Source: a virus. From it: a stretch of 64,000 nucleotides of DNA. Shown in pieces: positions 54,601-64,000 of the stretch (positions are counted from its first letter, which is position 1; the number at the start of each line of letters is the position of its first letter). The notes below the pieces were generated by a model, which had not been told where the DNA came from, searched no databases, and worked only from the letters and a program-made list of their open reading frames with translations. The position numbers and the translations under genes are program-made. The stretch lies in IMG/VR virus record IMGVR_UViG_3300020204_000006, one strand, 5' to 3'.

Positions 54601-55477
54601 ACCTGGAAATTATGATCCTTTAAACAATCCTAGATTTAAGCCTAATTTTGGTGATAGTCATTTACAATTTATTAAAAAAATAGCTGATGTATCAGGTAAA
54701 ACATTTTATTTTGATAATGCTGGCATAGCTAGATTTGAAATTTCTCCAGATGAAATAGAGTACTTTTCTAATAATAATTCTACTTCTAGTGGTGACTCTT
54801 CTGGCTCTCCATCTAGTTCTGATCCTGCAATAAAATTTCAACACTTAGACGCATTAAACGAAATTCACGATTTTTACACATCGGTTGATTACAATAAATT
54901 TTCAGATACTGGTAAATTTAAAATATGGAATGTGATTGATACTGATAGCTTTCAATTTAATAAGAAAGTGTCTGATATATACAATGAAATACGAGTTGTT
55001 ACTACAACTCCAGACATGAAGCTTCTTTTAGCTGGTCATTTAAATGTAAACTCGATATATGACCCTTCTTCTCCTGGATTCCTAGGCTACAGGAAAATGT
55101 TTTTACAAAAAGATGGTGTTTTTGGTTCGAAGGAAGCTTTGCAGAAAATAGTCAATAGATACACCATGTTTTTTAATCCACCTTTGTTTTGTAGCTTTAG
55201 TATTCCTGGTAGAAATGGAGTAATGCCAAATCAGTATTTTAGACTGCATTATGGATCTAGTTTTAAAAGGGGAGAAAACGGGAAAGTTGAAAATGGAGAT
55301 AATGGCAAGCCGATAATTGAGCCATTGTATATACTTGGTATAATAACCGAGGTTAGTAATGAAATAGATAAAAAATCAAACAGGTGGAGTACTAGAATAT
55401 CTGGTAGATATATGTATCCTGGTGAAATAATAACGTTCAACAATGGAGAAGATACAACATTGCCAGTTCCAGTTTAA
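51638..55477 (+). CDS. Tail-tip hub/Tal-like protein, 1279 aa
   Basis: C-terminal third resembles hub proteins (VTMELEDYSRIL, FIKKIADVSGKTFYFDNAGIARF, IYNEIRVVT, SFSIPGRNGVMP..IITEVSNEI..WSTRISG). Confidence 0.6.
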   Translation: MSKSSREKSAPFNFGYVTSEVVIFPTAYSSYPLKSRNRQFNEMFFNEVTIKNMNAVSGKENLEMVSDGIAGSSYGVTLSPKFSFVDTNFNINRNYTEWNSSQGKNSVLPASGNLSTNLTAKYWHNSWMPTNSIFTSSAQDPNSKNIPWSNIPEYYYGTNEKTIIKDSPVVNNFLRSLNPKFLIFPKKIVSPDPEKENTAHLDVTFIGNDNTYFGDFIKNIPEKILNVVSSSGEETVGPEKQFPGAKNGSKFKVVKNLPPGVHCGLRKQFENFHGQDFVYTFEKLSFDHSLPNNSVKDSINFYFNLSSEHSALDPIGISGADVLSGEDVNVSNNYGMLNTYDKKSETWSNNGFYLGSQPYIVLELPNQSPNNVNEYDSLYIIVPKNGNVVAVNCSKKIRQITVPSKDNSDNFSKYIIKPPFRMSKIIYDFGFSGSELLSQQNFSIKIQHLMGSLQISFSGGRSYIVSEESYNMKALNQEIFEQLEDSGGFIYKIDQTNESSFIPEKDGIMLHGRPRVFWGNSQYAVNVSPIEYHSQAKIKPNYPISILGRFGSTQVDDGNGGKTDDGGLQEAEKNLFLLLRNRIEPTSEEDGFSDDLITQYFDDFRRFVFKNQSLLYGEILSGKLVETKATIMPARFSNYIPGCCLGETDGRSGSGQFRFKYKYFNSLSKNASLSGGISISKNEVKKRGTNSESNLDNFSFGVFVEFTLKSGPIELLHPFFPNQSPYFGSFIRPVMFGYSSLVREDNNPAVNVSPKNISNLVQSYKETWSKEGNSFIRHNASLILYVPKNLSMRDLVSGRRVNSSASRTTRFGDAVSFDNDVRKFIMSLQDKAFYVRVYLGRCLNNPEDDDSSSVYDILHPDFDGGATNLIGGQSSSNKFKYLAFTGICNQVNFTMKPSHIEVTMELEDYSRILDDTKFLNPPFYDAVRDYDAIYDVLSCAGLREGSGASNGFLPMDFLKYMTSQDTTSGDRKYMFFNDRTVVYANYVLPGNYDPLNNPRFKPNFGDSHLQFIKKIADVSGKTFYFDNAGIARFEISPDEIEYFSNNNSTSSGDSSGSPSSSDPAIKFQHLDALNEIHDFYTSVDYNKFSDTGKFKIWNVIDTDSFQFNKKVSDIYNEIRVVTTTPDMKLLLAGHLNVNSIYDPSSPGFLGYRKMFLQKDGVFGSKEALQKIVNRYTMFFNPPLFCSFSIPGRNGVMPNQYFRLHYGSSFKRGENGKVENGDNGKPIIEPLYILGIITEVSNEIDKKSNRWSTRISGRYMYPGEIITFNNGEDTTLPVPV

Positions 55478-55492
55478 TAGAATTTATAATTT

Positions 55493-55708
55493 ATGAATGA
55501 GCAACAAAAAAATCAAAGCAATTTGCTTCAAAAAAGAATATCAGATGTAATTGACCAGGAAATAACATCTCGTTTGACTGGATCTGATTTTTTTAAGAGA
55601 AAGCAAGAAGGTTTTATGGGAAATGCAGGAGAGAGTTTTGGAGATTTACCGGAGGCAACAAGAACCAGCGCTGTTTTTGGCATGAGGTCTGGTTATGTTG
55701 ACAAATAA
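55493..55708 (+). CDS. Hypothetical protein, 71 aa
   Basis: Fills the gap between two large tail genes. Confidence 0.6.
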   Translation: MNEQQKNQSNLLQKRISDVIDQEITSRLTGSDFFKRKQEGFMGNAGESFGDLPEATRTSAVFGMRSGYVDK

Positions 55709-55710
55709 AA

Positions 55711-58700
55711 ATGGCAGGAAGAACACCTAATTTTGGGCTTGGTTATTTCGATTTTAAGGACTCTTTGGATTCCTCTTTGTCTGTTGATCTTGAAGTTGAT
55801 AGATTTTCTACAATTGATTCTCAGCTTTTTGGACTTTATTCAATATTTGGTAATGGCATAGTTGAGGGCCTTATAGTATCCATATCTAGTGATTCTCAAA
55901 ATCCGTTTTCTTTGAATGTTTCTCCTGGAATTTATTTTATAAATGGTAAATCAACACAATTAGATTTTGTAAAAAATATTCCTGAAATTTCATCTAATTC
56001 TATATTCTATGTGTATGCTGGTTTTACAAGAACATTAAATTCTCCGATAGTCGCAAGTGTATTTACTAGTAATTTTTCCTCCGTAGAGGGTGCTGTTAGG
56101 CTTGCTCAGGTTAAAACTGGCAATAGTACAATTACGTCAATAGATTTATCATATAGGCAAGAAATTAGCTTTAGGCAGCTAATTATAGAAGAAATAGCAA
56201 AGCACAAGCACAGAGGGGATCCTGACAAAATAGACCTTCTTAGAGAAGTCAAGAATTCATTGCCTGGTGCTAGAATTTCTGATTTGGACACTGCAAAAAT
56301 CAAAAGAGGCGTCTTCAAAAAAGAAAGAATTCCAAAGCTTGATCACAATGATCTAATGAATAAGGGATTTATAAATCACGCAGGACTAGAAACTTTTGTT
56401 AGAACTATGCCAGATAGGAATAGGCAATTGCTTGGAGAGGTTGCTGCAGTTAATTTAATGAGACAAAGTTTTGTTTCAGTGAAAAATGATAGAAGTATTG
56501 CTAATGAAATGGTTAATAGTATTATTGTTTCTCCTGGTCATACAGATAATTCGATAATTGATCTTGAAAATTCTACAGCTGTAATAAATTTTGATAGTGG
56601 TTGTATAACAGGTATACCAGAGGAAGTAAATACGATAAGCTCAATAAAGTATACTACTCTTGGTGCCTTACAGTCCTACACTCAAATAAACAATATAACT
56701 TTTTCCAGGGGCAGTCCAATACCGCCAGTTGGGTCTGGAGATATATCTCCTCCTCCTCTTGATGATTCTTCTTCTGAGGTAGAGGCATACATAACTCCAA
56801 TAAGTTCATCTTCAAACTTTTTTGGAGGTACATCTGGAGATGGCGATGGTTCTGGTGGTTCTGGTGGCGGAGGTGTAAGATTTAAAGATAGTTTTGAAAA
56901 TGCTAATTCTGATGGCACTGCATATCCTGGACTATTCGTGGAAACTCAAGCGATACCATCATCTACAACTTTTGGAGCTTCTCCAGACAATACTTTAAGA
57001 ACTGATGGTATTTATTCAGTTAAATTTAGAGGAGGCAAAAAAGAAAAACTTATTTTCAAAAGAAGTGTTCTTATTAATAAAAACTGGTCAAATTATGCAT
57101 CAATAAACATTGATGTTCGTTGCAAATCCGTAGAACATCCTGCAGTGTATTTTTACTTTTATAATAAAAATGAAGCTGGCCAATTAGAGCAAAGTGATAC
57201 GTATGTTTTACTTTCTCAAAATGAAATAACTTCAAACGGAAACTCTTCTATGCAAGATTTTGCAGAAAAAAGTTTTGAAATAGCATCTTCTGATAGAAAC
57301 AATGTTGACTCTATTGTTTTTGAAGTCGCAGACATAGAAACTGATTTTGTTTTTAATATAGATGATATATTCGTTAGCGGTTTCTTATCTGGTGGCGGTC
57401 CTGATGGTGGTACTACTATTGTAACACAGAGTTACAATAGTGATGGTCTTCTCATATATAGATATGAATCACCAAATCTTATAAATTTAAATTCTATATC
57501 TTTTGATACAGTAGTGCCAGATGGTACTTCTATAGAGTTTAGATGGAGAGCTGGCAATAATGTTCTTTCTATTGCATCTGAGCAATTTTCTGATCCAGTT
57601 TTGTCAGAGCAAAGTATTCTTGCCGTTGGAAGAGTCTTTGATATACAAATATCTTTTAAGGCAAAAGAAGATACCGAAAATCAAGATGTTTTTATAGACA
57701 CTCCCGTCTTAAAGGGATTCACTCTTCAAATATCAAGCTCTGGTGAATTTGCAGGTTTTAATGTTGCAAAAGTTAATCAGTGGATGAATGGTAAGGGTGA
57801 TAACGTAAAAATAGAGCCTACTTTATTTGATTTGGGTGATTTGACAATAAAAACTCCACTTGAAATTAATAACTTTTTTTATGCAACAGAAAACTCAGTG
57901 CAAAAATCATTGCCCAATTTTATGTCATATTTTGGCTATAGTGGAACTAATTTGCCAATTAGCCCCATTCAAGCTTTAGAAATAGACGCTACTGATGGAA
58001 GAGTCGGATTAGATACTCCGACTTCTGCAGTCAGACTTTCAAACAAAAACATGATTATATGCGATACCTATAATGATAGAGTAATTGAGATAGATAAATC
58101 AGGAAATCTTATTAGGGGTTTTGGGTCTCACAATGTTGCTTCCAGCGCCAGTAACGTTGGTTTTTTCCCGATGTCTGCAATTTTTAATCCAAGAACAAAA
58201 ATACTTCAAATAGTATTTAATTCAGATTTTAATGTAGATCCAAATACTTTTGAATTAAACTCAATTAAACTATATTCAAATAATATTACTTCTAGTCTTT
58301 CTGCTCTTGATTCTGTAGAAGCAACTGGTATTACTAAAAAAATATTAAGTATAAAGCTTAGTCCTGGAAAAATCGACTTTATAAATAGTACTACTTCTGA
58401 TGTTTTTGTAAAATTAACACCTGCTGGTTTTGGGCAAACTGGTGGCTTTTCCAACAATGAGACTTTTAGGAGGCTTTATTCTTTGGATGGTCTTAAGCTT
58501 TTTGTTGGAGATTTTACCTATGTTAGCAACATAAGGCATCCTATAAATGCAATAAAAAGTTATAATAATAAAATTTGGATTTGCAATTCTAATATTCTTT
58601 TTGATAGAATCAGAGCTGGTTTAAGAAATGACAATGATGAATTTTTTGTTGCAAGAAATTCTCAGTTAAAATTTAACTTAGTAGTTTCAGTTGATCCTTC

Positions 58701-59547
58701 TTTGGCTGGTCAAGATTATCAAATCACTTTTATAAATGATCAGTCTGCTGCTGGTTCTTCTTATCAGCCTGTGTTAATAACAGGACCGATTGTGTATAAT
58801 GAACAGGTTTCTGTCGCAACTAAATCCAGAACAATAGCAGAAGTTACTACAACTCCTACCAATGCAGCTTATGTTATAAATCCAGAAGGAACAACATTTC
58901 TTTTTACTTTTAAAATTAAAGTAGAAGTCAGGAATCAACAAACTAATCAATATGAAGAGATCGCACAAAGTCCATTTTTTGTACAGAAAAGAATAACAGT
59001 TCTTGAAAATGTTCAAGCTGGATCTGACGCTGTTCCGTCCGTGCCTTCTGTAATACTATTAAATCCAGAAACAAACCAAATTGATTTTAACTATGGCAAT
59101 CAGACAAGTTTTACTTTTTCTGATTATACCTTGGGGTCAATACAAGAAATAGATAGGGAGTTAATACTCATAGGGGGTTTGCAGAGATTTTCTTCAGATC
59201 AATCTCCACCAGTTGAAATAGATGACCCTGATTCTTTTAAGGGTCAGGCTATAGAAAAACTTAAAGATTATCGTGGCAGGGTTGGTATATACAATCTTTC
59301 AACAAATTCTTTTGTATATAGTTATGATTCGTCTGATGGTGTTTATGTTAGTGACGTATCTAGAATAAATGGAGGTCAGCTTTCTGGATCTTATTTAATA
59401 GTAGAAAGCTCCATAATGTCTAATGGCGGTAGAGTTATAGTTATAGATCCATTTAACAATATTATAAGAGAAATAAACACCGGAGAATATACGATAATAA
59501 ATGATGCAAGGCTGCTTGCTAATGGCAATTTCTTGCTCAGTACATGA
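55711..59547 (+). CDS. Tail fibre/receptor-binding-like protein with putative carbohydrate-binding jelly-roll and beta-propeller repeats
   Basis: DLDTAKIKRGVFKKERIPKLDH fibre motif; NWSNYASINIDV..VDSIVFEV..FNIDDIFV (CBM-like); NMIICDTYNDRVIEIDKSG and similar NHL-like repeats. Confidence 0.6.
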   Translation: MAGRTPNFGLGYFDFKDSLDSSLSVDLEVDRFSTIDSQLFGLYSIFGNGIVEGLIVSISSDSQNPFSLNVSPGIYFINGKSTQLDFVKNIPEISSNSIFYVYAGFTRTLNSPIVASVFTSNFSSVEGAVRLAQVKTGNSTITSIDLSYRQEISFRQLIIEEIAKHKHRGDPDKIDLLREVKNSLPGARISDLDTAKIKRGVFKKERIPKLDHNDLMNKGFINHAGLETFVRTMPDRNRQLLGEVAAVNLMRQSFVSVKNDRSIANEMVNSIIVSPGHTDNSIIDLENSTAVINFDSGCITGIPEEVNTISSIKYTTLGALQSYTQINNITFSRGSPIPPVGSGDISPPPLDDSSSEVEAYITPISSSSNFFGGTSGDGDGSGGSGGGGVRFKDSFENANSDGTAYPGLFVETQAIPSSTTFGASPDNTLRTDGIYSVKFRGGKKEKLIFKRSVLINKNWSNYASINIDVRCKSVEHPAVYFYFYNKNEAGQLEQSDTYVLLSQNEITSNGNSSMQDFAEKSFEIASSDRNNVDSIVFEVADIETDFVFNIDDIFVSGFLSGGGPDGGTTIVTQSYNSDGLLIYRYESPNLINLNSISFDTVVPDGTSIEFRWRAGNNVLSIASEQFSDPVLSEQSILAVGRVFDIQISFKAKEDTENQDVFIDTPVLKGFTLQISSSGEFAGFNVAKVNQWMNGKGDNVKIEPTLFDLGDLTIKTPLEINNFFYATENSVQKSLPNFMSYFGYSGTNLPISPIQALEIDATDGRVGLDTPTSAVRLSNKNMIICDTYNDRVIEIDKSGNLIRGFGSHNVASSASNVGFFPMSAIFNPRTKILQIVFNSDFNVDPNTFELNSIKLYSNNITSSLSALDSVEATGITKKILSIKLSPGKIDFINSTTSDVFVKLTPAGFGQTGGFSNNETFRRLYSLDGLKLFVGDFTYVSNIRHPINAIKSYNNKIWICNSNILFDRIRAGLRNDNDEFFVARNSQLKFNLVVSVDPSLAGQDYQITFINDQSAAGSSYQPVLITGPIVYNEQVSVATKSRTIAEVTTTPTNAAYVINPEGTTFLFTFKIKVEVRNQQTNQYEEIAQSPFFVQKRITVLENVQAGSDAVPSVPSVILLNPETNQIDFNYGNQTSFTFSDYTLGSIQEIDRELILIGGLQRFSSDQSPPVEIDDPDSFKGQAIEKLKDYRGRVGIYNLSTNSFVYSYDSSDGVYVSDVSRINGGQLSGSYLIVESSIMSNGGRVIVIDPFNNIIREINTGEYTIINDARLLANGNFLLST

Positions 59548-60623
59548 AAACAAATCTAGATATTATATATTCTTGTTTCTTAACTAATTCTGGTTACACT
59601 CGAGCATCTTTGGGTTACATAAGATCTCTTGGATTACTTGGCAATAATGTTTATATAAATTGTGTACATAAATATCCTCAGGGTAATTCTTTTACAAAAG
59701 ATGAATTGTTTATTATAAACAAAACTTGTAGTATAGGCAAAATGGAGGGAGATGTTCTTATAGAACACGTAATCCCCAACAGATGGAGAAAATTATTAAA
59801 TGGTACCAGAAGGTATTGCGTGGCTGTATTTGAGAACGAAAAAGTAGATGATTTTTGGGTTGAATCTATAAACAGAGTTATGCATGGAGTAATATATCCC
59901 TGCAGTTGGAATAAAAAAATATTTGAAAATTGTGGTGTTAATAAGCCTGGTTTTGTAGTACCTCATTTTTTAGATGAACTTGTTTGGAAAAAACAAATTA
60001 TTACAGATTCTTTTTTTAACAAATTTTCTTTTTGTGCTATTGCGACTTGGAGAGAAAGAAAAAATTGGTCTACTTTATTTAAATCCTTTGAATTATTAAA
60101 AAATAAGCATGATTTTGTTTTAGGTATAAAAACAGATAAGTATTTTGAGCTTATTAATTATGTAAAAGAAAATCATCCAAGTATATTTTCCAATATTATT
60201 TTAGAGACTAATGAACTTGACGACCACGGTATGGTAAAAATGATGTCTAAATTTGACGTTATAGTGAATTTTTCTTTAGGAGAGGCATTTTGTATGCCTC
60301 TACTTCAGGGTTTATTCCTTGGTAAGCCATTTATTTCTACTGACATAGAGGGAGTGAAAGATTTTGCATCGCCCGAATATGGGGTTTTTATACCTTCTAA
60401 TGGAGATTTAAGAAAAGACAGACTTGATAGCTATGGTCAGTTTAGAAATAAAATTTGGCCATATTTTGATCCAGAGTCTTCTTGCAGGGCATTATTAGAA
60501 ATAATTGAAAAATATAATTACTATAAATCAAATATAGAGAAAGATCAAGATAGGTTTTTTAAAAAATTTGGTTTAAACAATAGTATAAGTAACAATTACT
60601 GGGACCCGGTTTTTAATACATGA
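59544..60623 (+). CDS. GT4-like glycosyltransferase
   Basis: SGYTRAS, FCAIATWRERKNW, VNFSLGEAFCMPLLQGLFLGKPFIST. Confidence 0.82.
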   Translation: MKTNLDIIYSCFLTNSGYTRASLGYIRSLGLLGNNVYINCVHKYPQGNSFTKDELFIINKTCSIGKMEGDVLIEHVIPNRWRKLLNGTRRYCVAVFENEKVDDFWVESINRVMHGVIYPCSWNKKIFENCGVNKPGFVVPHFLDELVWKKQIITDSFFNKFSFCAIATWRERKNWSTLFKSFELLKNKHDFVLGIKTDKYFELINYVKENHPSIFSNIILETNELDDHGMVKMMSKFDVIVNFSLGEAFCMPLLQGLFLGKPFISTDIEGVKDFASPEYGVFIPSNGDLRKDRLDSYGQFRNKIWPYFDPESSCRALLEIIEKYNYYKSNIEKDQDRFFKKFGLNNSISNNYWDPVFNT

Positions 60624-63600
60624 TAAAAGCACAATTTGTCCTTAAAAATTATTCCATAAAAAATGATTCAATTCATTTAAGTTTTGAATTGAATGATTGT
60701 ATTATTGACGGGAATTATTCTGTTTCTTTTGAAGATGCTGAATCTAGTGAATCAATAAATTTTGTTGATTTTGATGGCAATAAAAAAAATATTGTTAATT
60801 TATTAAGAAATCAAAATGCTTTTCAGGGTACCATTCTTTATCCCATATCAAAAATGGGCAAAAAGAGTAATATAACATTATTCTGTAAAATACTATCAGA
60901 TAGTGGACAAAGCTTAGTTCTTGGTTCGAATATTGATGTAGTTAAAAATTCATCAAAAAATAGATCTATATATCTTGATCCTCCATTTGTTCAAGATCAT
61001 TCAAATATAAATATTTATGCAGATGGTATTCCTGATGGCAATGCTATTATAGAAATAGCAAATAAAAAATTTAAATCTAAAGTTTCTAATGGTCAATTAA
61101 ATTTTAATATTGATACTAGAACAATTCTTAAAGATAGTGACTTCTATGGTAAGACTTTAAGAAAAATGCCATTAGAAGTAAAAATTGGTGCTAATAATTT
61201 TTATGGTGAACTTGGTGTTGTCCCTAAAAGTCTTAGATCACTACAGGCAACAAATGATCCTCAAAGACCAGAGTGTGTAATAATCGATACTAGACCTGCT
61301 CAGGATCAAAGTTTTAAGTTTGAACCTATAAGCTTAGACTGTTTTCAGGAGCCAATAATAGGTCCTCTATATCAGACTGATACACAAAAATTTTCTCCTC
61401 AACTGACATCTCTTGATTCTAATTTTAAAAATTGTCATCAGGGTTTTATATCTGATTCTTCAACTCTTCTTTCTGCAATAAAAATAATTGGTACTCACGC
61501 TTCTTCAAACGTAGACAAAGAAATAGTTGATTCTGGTTTTGATTTTTACACTGTGGCCTCTGTTATTGTTTCTGATGATTCGGTACCAGTTGATGTCGCT
61601 TCTACAGTTCCAGTAGTTAAATTAGTTAAGCATCATAGCTCTACAAATTTTGATTTAACTTTTAAATTAAGAGGCGTTATAGAAAAGCCTTATTTTTATT
61701 ATCATTCTATTTATGTACCTAATAATTCTACTTTAGCGGCAACAGATAGGGGTAGCGTAGTTTTTAGGTTTCCTAATGGCAACGAGATAGCTAAAAACTT
61801 TGTATTCGGCTCTACTGATATATATTCAGTGCTAAACAAGATTAAAAATTTGATTGAAACTGATGCAGCTCTTATAAAAAATGAAATAGTTTCTGAAATA
61901 ATAAATACTGGATCTAGACAGGAATTGATAGTAAAATCAAATTTAGAATTTTCTATATACAAGGGTCAGGTTTCGTCTGAATCTAATTCTAATAAAATAC
62001 AAGTTGAGCTTAATACGAATAGGGCCCTGAGGTTATTCGTTACTGACTGCGCAGACAGAGATGTTTTGCAGTCTATATCCAAAGTTGTATTTAATACCGA
62101 GCCTTTTAAGGGCGCTATAGCGAATGTCATATCTGCTGATTCAAATTATATATCAATTGATTTCAACCCTGGATTTAATAAGCCTAATGGTTTCTTTATT
62201 TCTGACACTACATATTGCGTAGAGTTTTTTGGGGTAAAATCTACAGAAAGAAATCTTGTTCCTGAAACTTTGACATTTAACAGGATGATTTCCAAAGATG
62301 GCAGCTACATACCGACTATAAATCCTGTTGTTTCTCAAAATGGTAGAGTTTTTTGTCAGGCTGAGATAAACGGCAAATATCAAATATTTATTGATAATTA
62401 TCCCAATTGGACACAGATTACTTTTGATGGGGAGAATAGAAATCCTCATGTTATAAGTGATAAAAATGGAAACATTCATTTGTTTTTTGAGAGTGACAGA
62501 ACCGGTGAGTCTCAAATATATTATTCATGCATAGGATATGGAAGCTTCCAGTATAATGATTCTGCTCTAAATAGTTTTAGTGTAGAGCTTTCAAAAGTTT
62601 CCGAAACAGATAAATATTTCACAAGAATTGCAAAAGACATTAGGCCATTTTTTATTCTTAATGAAAGTTTTGGTATTGAAATTTTTCCTTCCGGTATTCT
62701 TTCTATAAACTCTCCTCAGCTAATACAAAATTTATATTCAGTATATTGTTTAAATGAGTTTTCCGGTCTAAGTCCAGACAATTTTCAAATAAATTATCCA
62801 GAGGGTGTTATTGCTGGTCTATCTAGTATTGTTACAATAGGCCTTGGTCAGCAAATATCAGTTCAAACTATTGTTGTATCTAAGGGTATCTCAAATCAGG
62901 GTGCAACATCTTTTGATGTTGATTTTTCTGCAAGTTTTAACGGAAAGATAAAAGCAGTTATTTATAATATAGATGATTCTATTTCTGGTCAAAATAAATT
63001 TAAGGTATTTGGTAGATCTGATTTTGTAAATTACAATCAGGATGGTCTTGGTTTTGATATCCCGAGTATGAATGATATTGCTTTTGAGGTTGTAAATAAT
63101 GACTCTTCTAATACTTCAAAAATTAATATAGCAGGAACATTTGAGGGATTATCAAGCGATATAGATATATTTATAATTAAGGTAATATTGGAAAATGTTG
63201 GTAGTGAAAATACTGCTACCTCTGCAAATTTAGTTGCCAGTCAAAACTCCTTAGGCAATCAAATATCCAATACAAATTGCATAGTTGCAGTTAACCCAAG
63301 TGAAGATTTTGGTGCTTTTAGATACCCTGTATATAGAGATACAAATGATACTTTGTTTGATGGGATTTATAGTAGTCTAAATTTGGGATACGAGTTTAAT
63401 TTTTCTCTTATTGGCAACTCATCTTCAAATGGATATAATATATCTGGTTTTGAAGAGTTTACCCAGATAAGTTTTTCTCTGTCTAATTTCTTTTCTTCTC
63501 CATCTTCATTTGATGATTTTGTTTTTGGTACTAAGCTTTTAAGTAGGTCTTTTGGTACTTTTAAAGTAAATCCCAAAAATGTTGATTACTTAAATTCTGA

Positions 63601-64000
63601 AATATCTCCAGTTTTTGAATTTTCAGGTAAGAAAAAGTTTGTTTCTGGATATTCAGTTGGCGACGGATTAAGATCTTACGGTATTTTAATAAATTGTAAA
63701 AACATAGATCAGTCAAGTGGTTTAGTAGTGCAGGGAACAATAGAATTCGACGAACCAATAGTAGACATAATTTTTGATAAACAAGAAATTGAAACTTTTG
63801 AGCAAGATGGTTTTTACGGAGAGACCATAGACCAAGATTACAATTATGATAATTCTTGTCTTGTAAAAGTTGTATTTTCGGAAGATAAAAAATCTATAAG
63901 GATCCTTGCCAAGTTTAGTGAAAACCCATGTTTCTTTGTTGTTAAAATTGGAGATATAGATGCAAAAAGCAAATTCCTCATAAAAACAAATAATCAAATA
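60620..64000 (+). CDS. Large virion/tail protein, over 1127 aa, 3' truncated; not in the ORF track
   Basis: ATGA overlap at 60620; frame open wherever read (start, ~61200, ~62400, ~63600, end); WTQITFDGENRNPHVISDKNGNIHLFFESDRTGESQIYY propeller-like repeat. Confidence 0.8.
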   Translation, partial: MIKAQFVLKNYSIKNDSIHLSFELNDCIIDGNYSVSFEDAESSESINFVDFDGNKKNIVNLLRNQNAFQGTILYPISKMGKKSNITLFCKILSDSGQSLVLGSNIDVVKNSSKNRSIYLDPPFVQDHSNINIYADGIPDGNAIIEIANKKFKSKVSNGQLNFNIDTRTILKDSDFYGKTLRKMPLEVKIGANNFYGELGVVPKSLRSLQATNDPQRPECVIIDTRPAQDQSFKFEPISLDCFQEPIIGPLYQTDTQKFSPQLTSLDSNFKNCHQGFISDSSTLLSAIKIIGTHASSNVDKEIVDSGFDFYTVASVIVSDDSVPVDVASTVPVVKLVKHHSSTNFDLTFKLRGVIEKPYFYYHSIYVPNNSTLAATDRGSVVFRFPNGNEIAKNFVFGSTDIYSVLNKIKNLIETDAALIKNEIVSEIINTGSRQELIVKSNLEFSIYKGQVSSESNSNKIQVELNTNRALRLFVTDCADRDVLQSISKVVFNTEPFKGAIANVISADSNYISIDFNPGFNKPNGFFISDTTYCVEFFGVKSTERNLVPETLTFNRMISKDGSYIPTINPVVSQNGRVFCQAEINGKYQIFIDNYPNWTQITFDGENRNPHVISDKNGNIHLFFESDRTGESQIYYSCIGYGSFQYNDSALNSFSVELSKVSETDKYFTRIAKDIRPFFILNESFGIEIFPSGILSINSPQLIQNLYSVYCLNEFSGLSPDNFQINYPEGVIAGLSSIVTIGLGQQISVQTIVVSKGISNQGATSFDVDFSASFNGKIKAVIYNIDDSISGQNKFKVFGRSDFVNYNQDGLGFDIPSMNDIAFEVVNNDSSNTSKINIAGTFEGLSSDIDIFIIKVILENVGSENTATSANLVASQNSLGNQISNTNCIVAVNPSEDFGAFRYPVYRDTNDTLFDGIYSSLNLGYEFNFSLIGNSSSNGYNISGFEEFTQISFSLSNFFSSPSSFDDFVFGTKLLSRSFGTFKVNPKNVDYLNSEISPVFEFSGKKKFVSGYSVGDGLRSYGILINCKNIDQSSGLVVQGTIEFDEPIVDIIFDKQEIETFEQDGFYGETIDQDYNYDNSCLVKVVFSEDKKSIRILAKFSENPCFFVVKIGDIDAKSKFLIKTNNQI

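Noticed and set aside
1-64000. Alternative genetic code (TAG or TGA reassignment) as in some large phages
   Set aside because: Long genes are uninterrupted under code 11, and TAA, TGA and TAG all end genes at overlap-coupled junctions
1-64000. tRNA, rRNA, IS elements, diversity-generating retroelement
   Set aside because: Intergenic gaps are mostly under 50 nt and none folds as a cloverleaf; no transposase or reverse transcriptase; no template/variable repeat pair with A-specific mismatches seen

Overview
AT-rich, gene-dense 64 kb fragment of a large tailed dsDNA phage (Caudoviricetes; probably a jumbo-class environmental phage; host not determinable, but Shine-Dalgarno sites indicate a prokaryotic host; standard code 11). 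Almost everything is on the + strand, and the window covers the virion morphogenesis region. In order: three tandem glycine-rich fibre paralogues, two methyltransferases and a glycosyltransferase, terminase large subunit, and a block of about 15 acidic or low-complexity unknown proteins. Then come the portal (fused to a DUF559/Vsr-like nuclease domain), a 1920-aa prohead protease/scaffold-like protein, a decoration protein, a short HK97-type major capsid protein and paired terminators. After one minus-strand gene follow more glycosyltransferases, a subtilase, neck proteins, PhoH, an actin-fold ATPase, tail tube, chaperones, tape measure and four very large tail-tip/fibre proteins, the last running off the window. 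No tRNA, rRNA, CRISPR array, intein or IS element was recognised. Most notable: (1) a recurrent [K/R]-x-A-[S/Q] motif at domain boundaries of head-module proteins, a candidate protease-processing code that would release e.g. the portal-fused nuclease; (2) a candidate -1 frameshift (A_AAA_AAG) joining a 346-aa gene to a zinc ribbon; (3) an actin-like ATPase inside the structural module; (4) a DUF192-WYL fusion; (5) dispersed glycosylation genes; (6) a 55-nt tandem duplication at the start of the 1920-aa gene, possibly an assembly junction. Four ORFs missing from the supplied track were added (10340-10480, 28079-28234, 37178-37354, 60620->64000). All functional calls are motif recognition by eye; no database searches were run.
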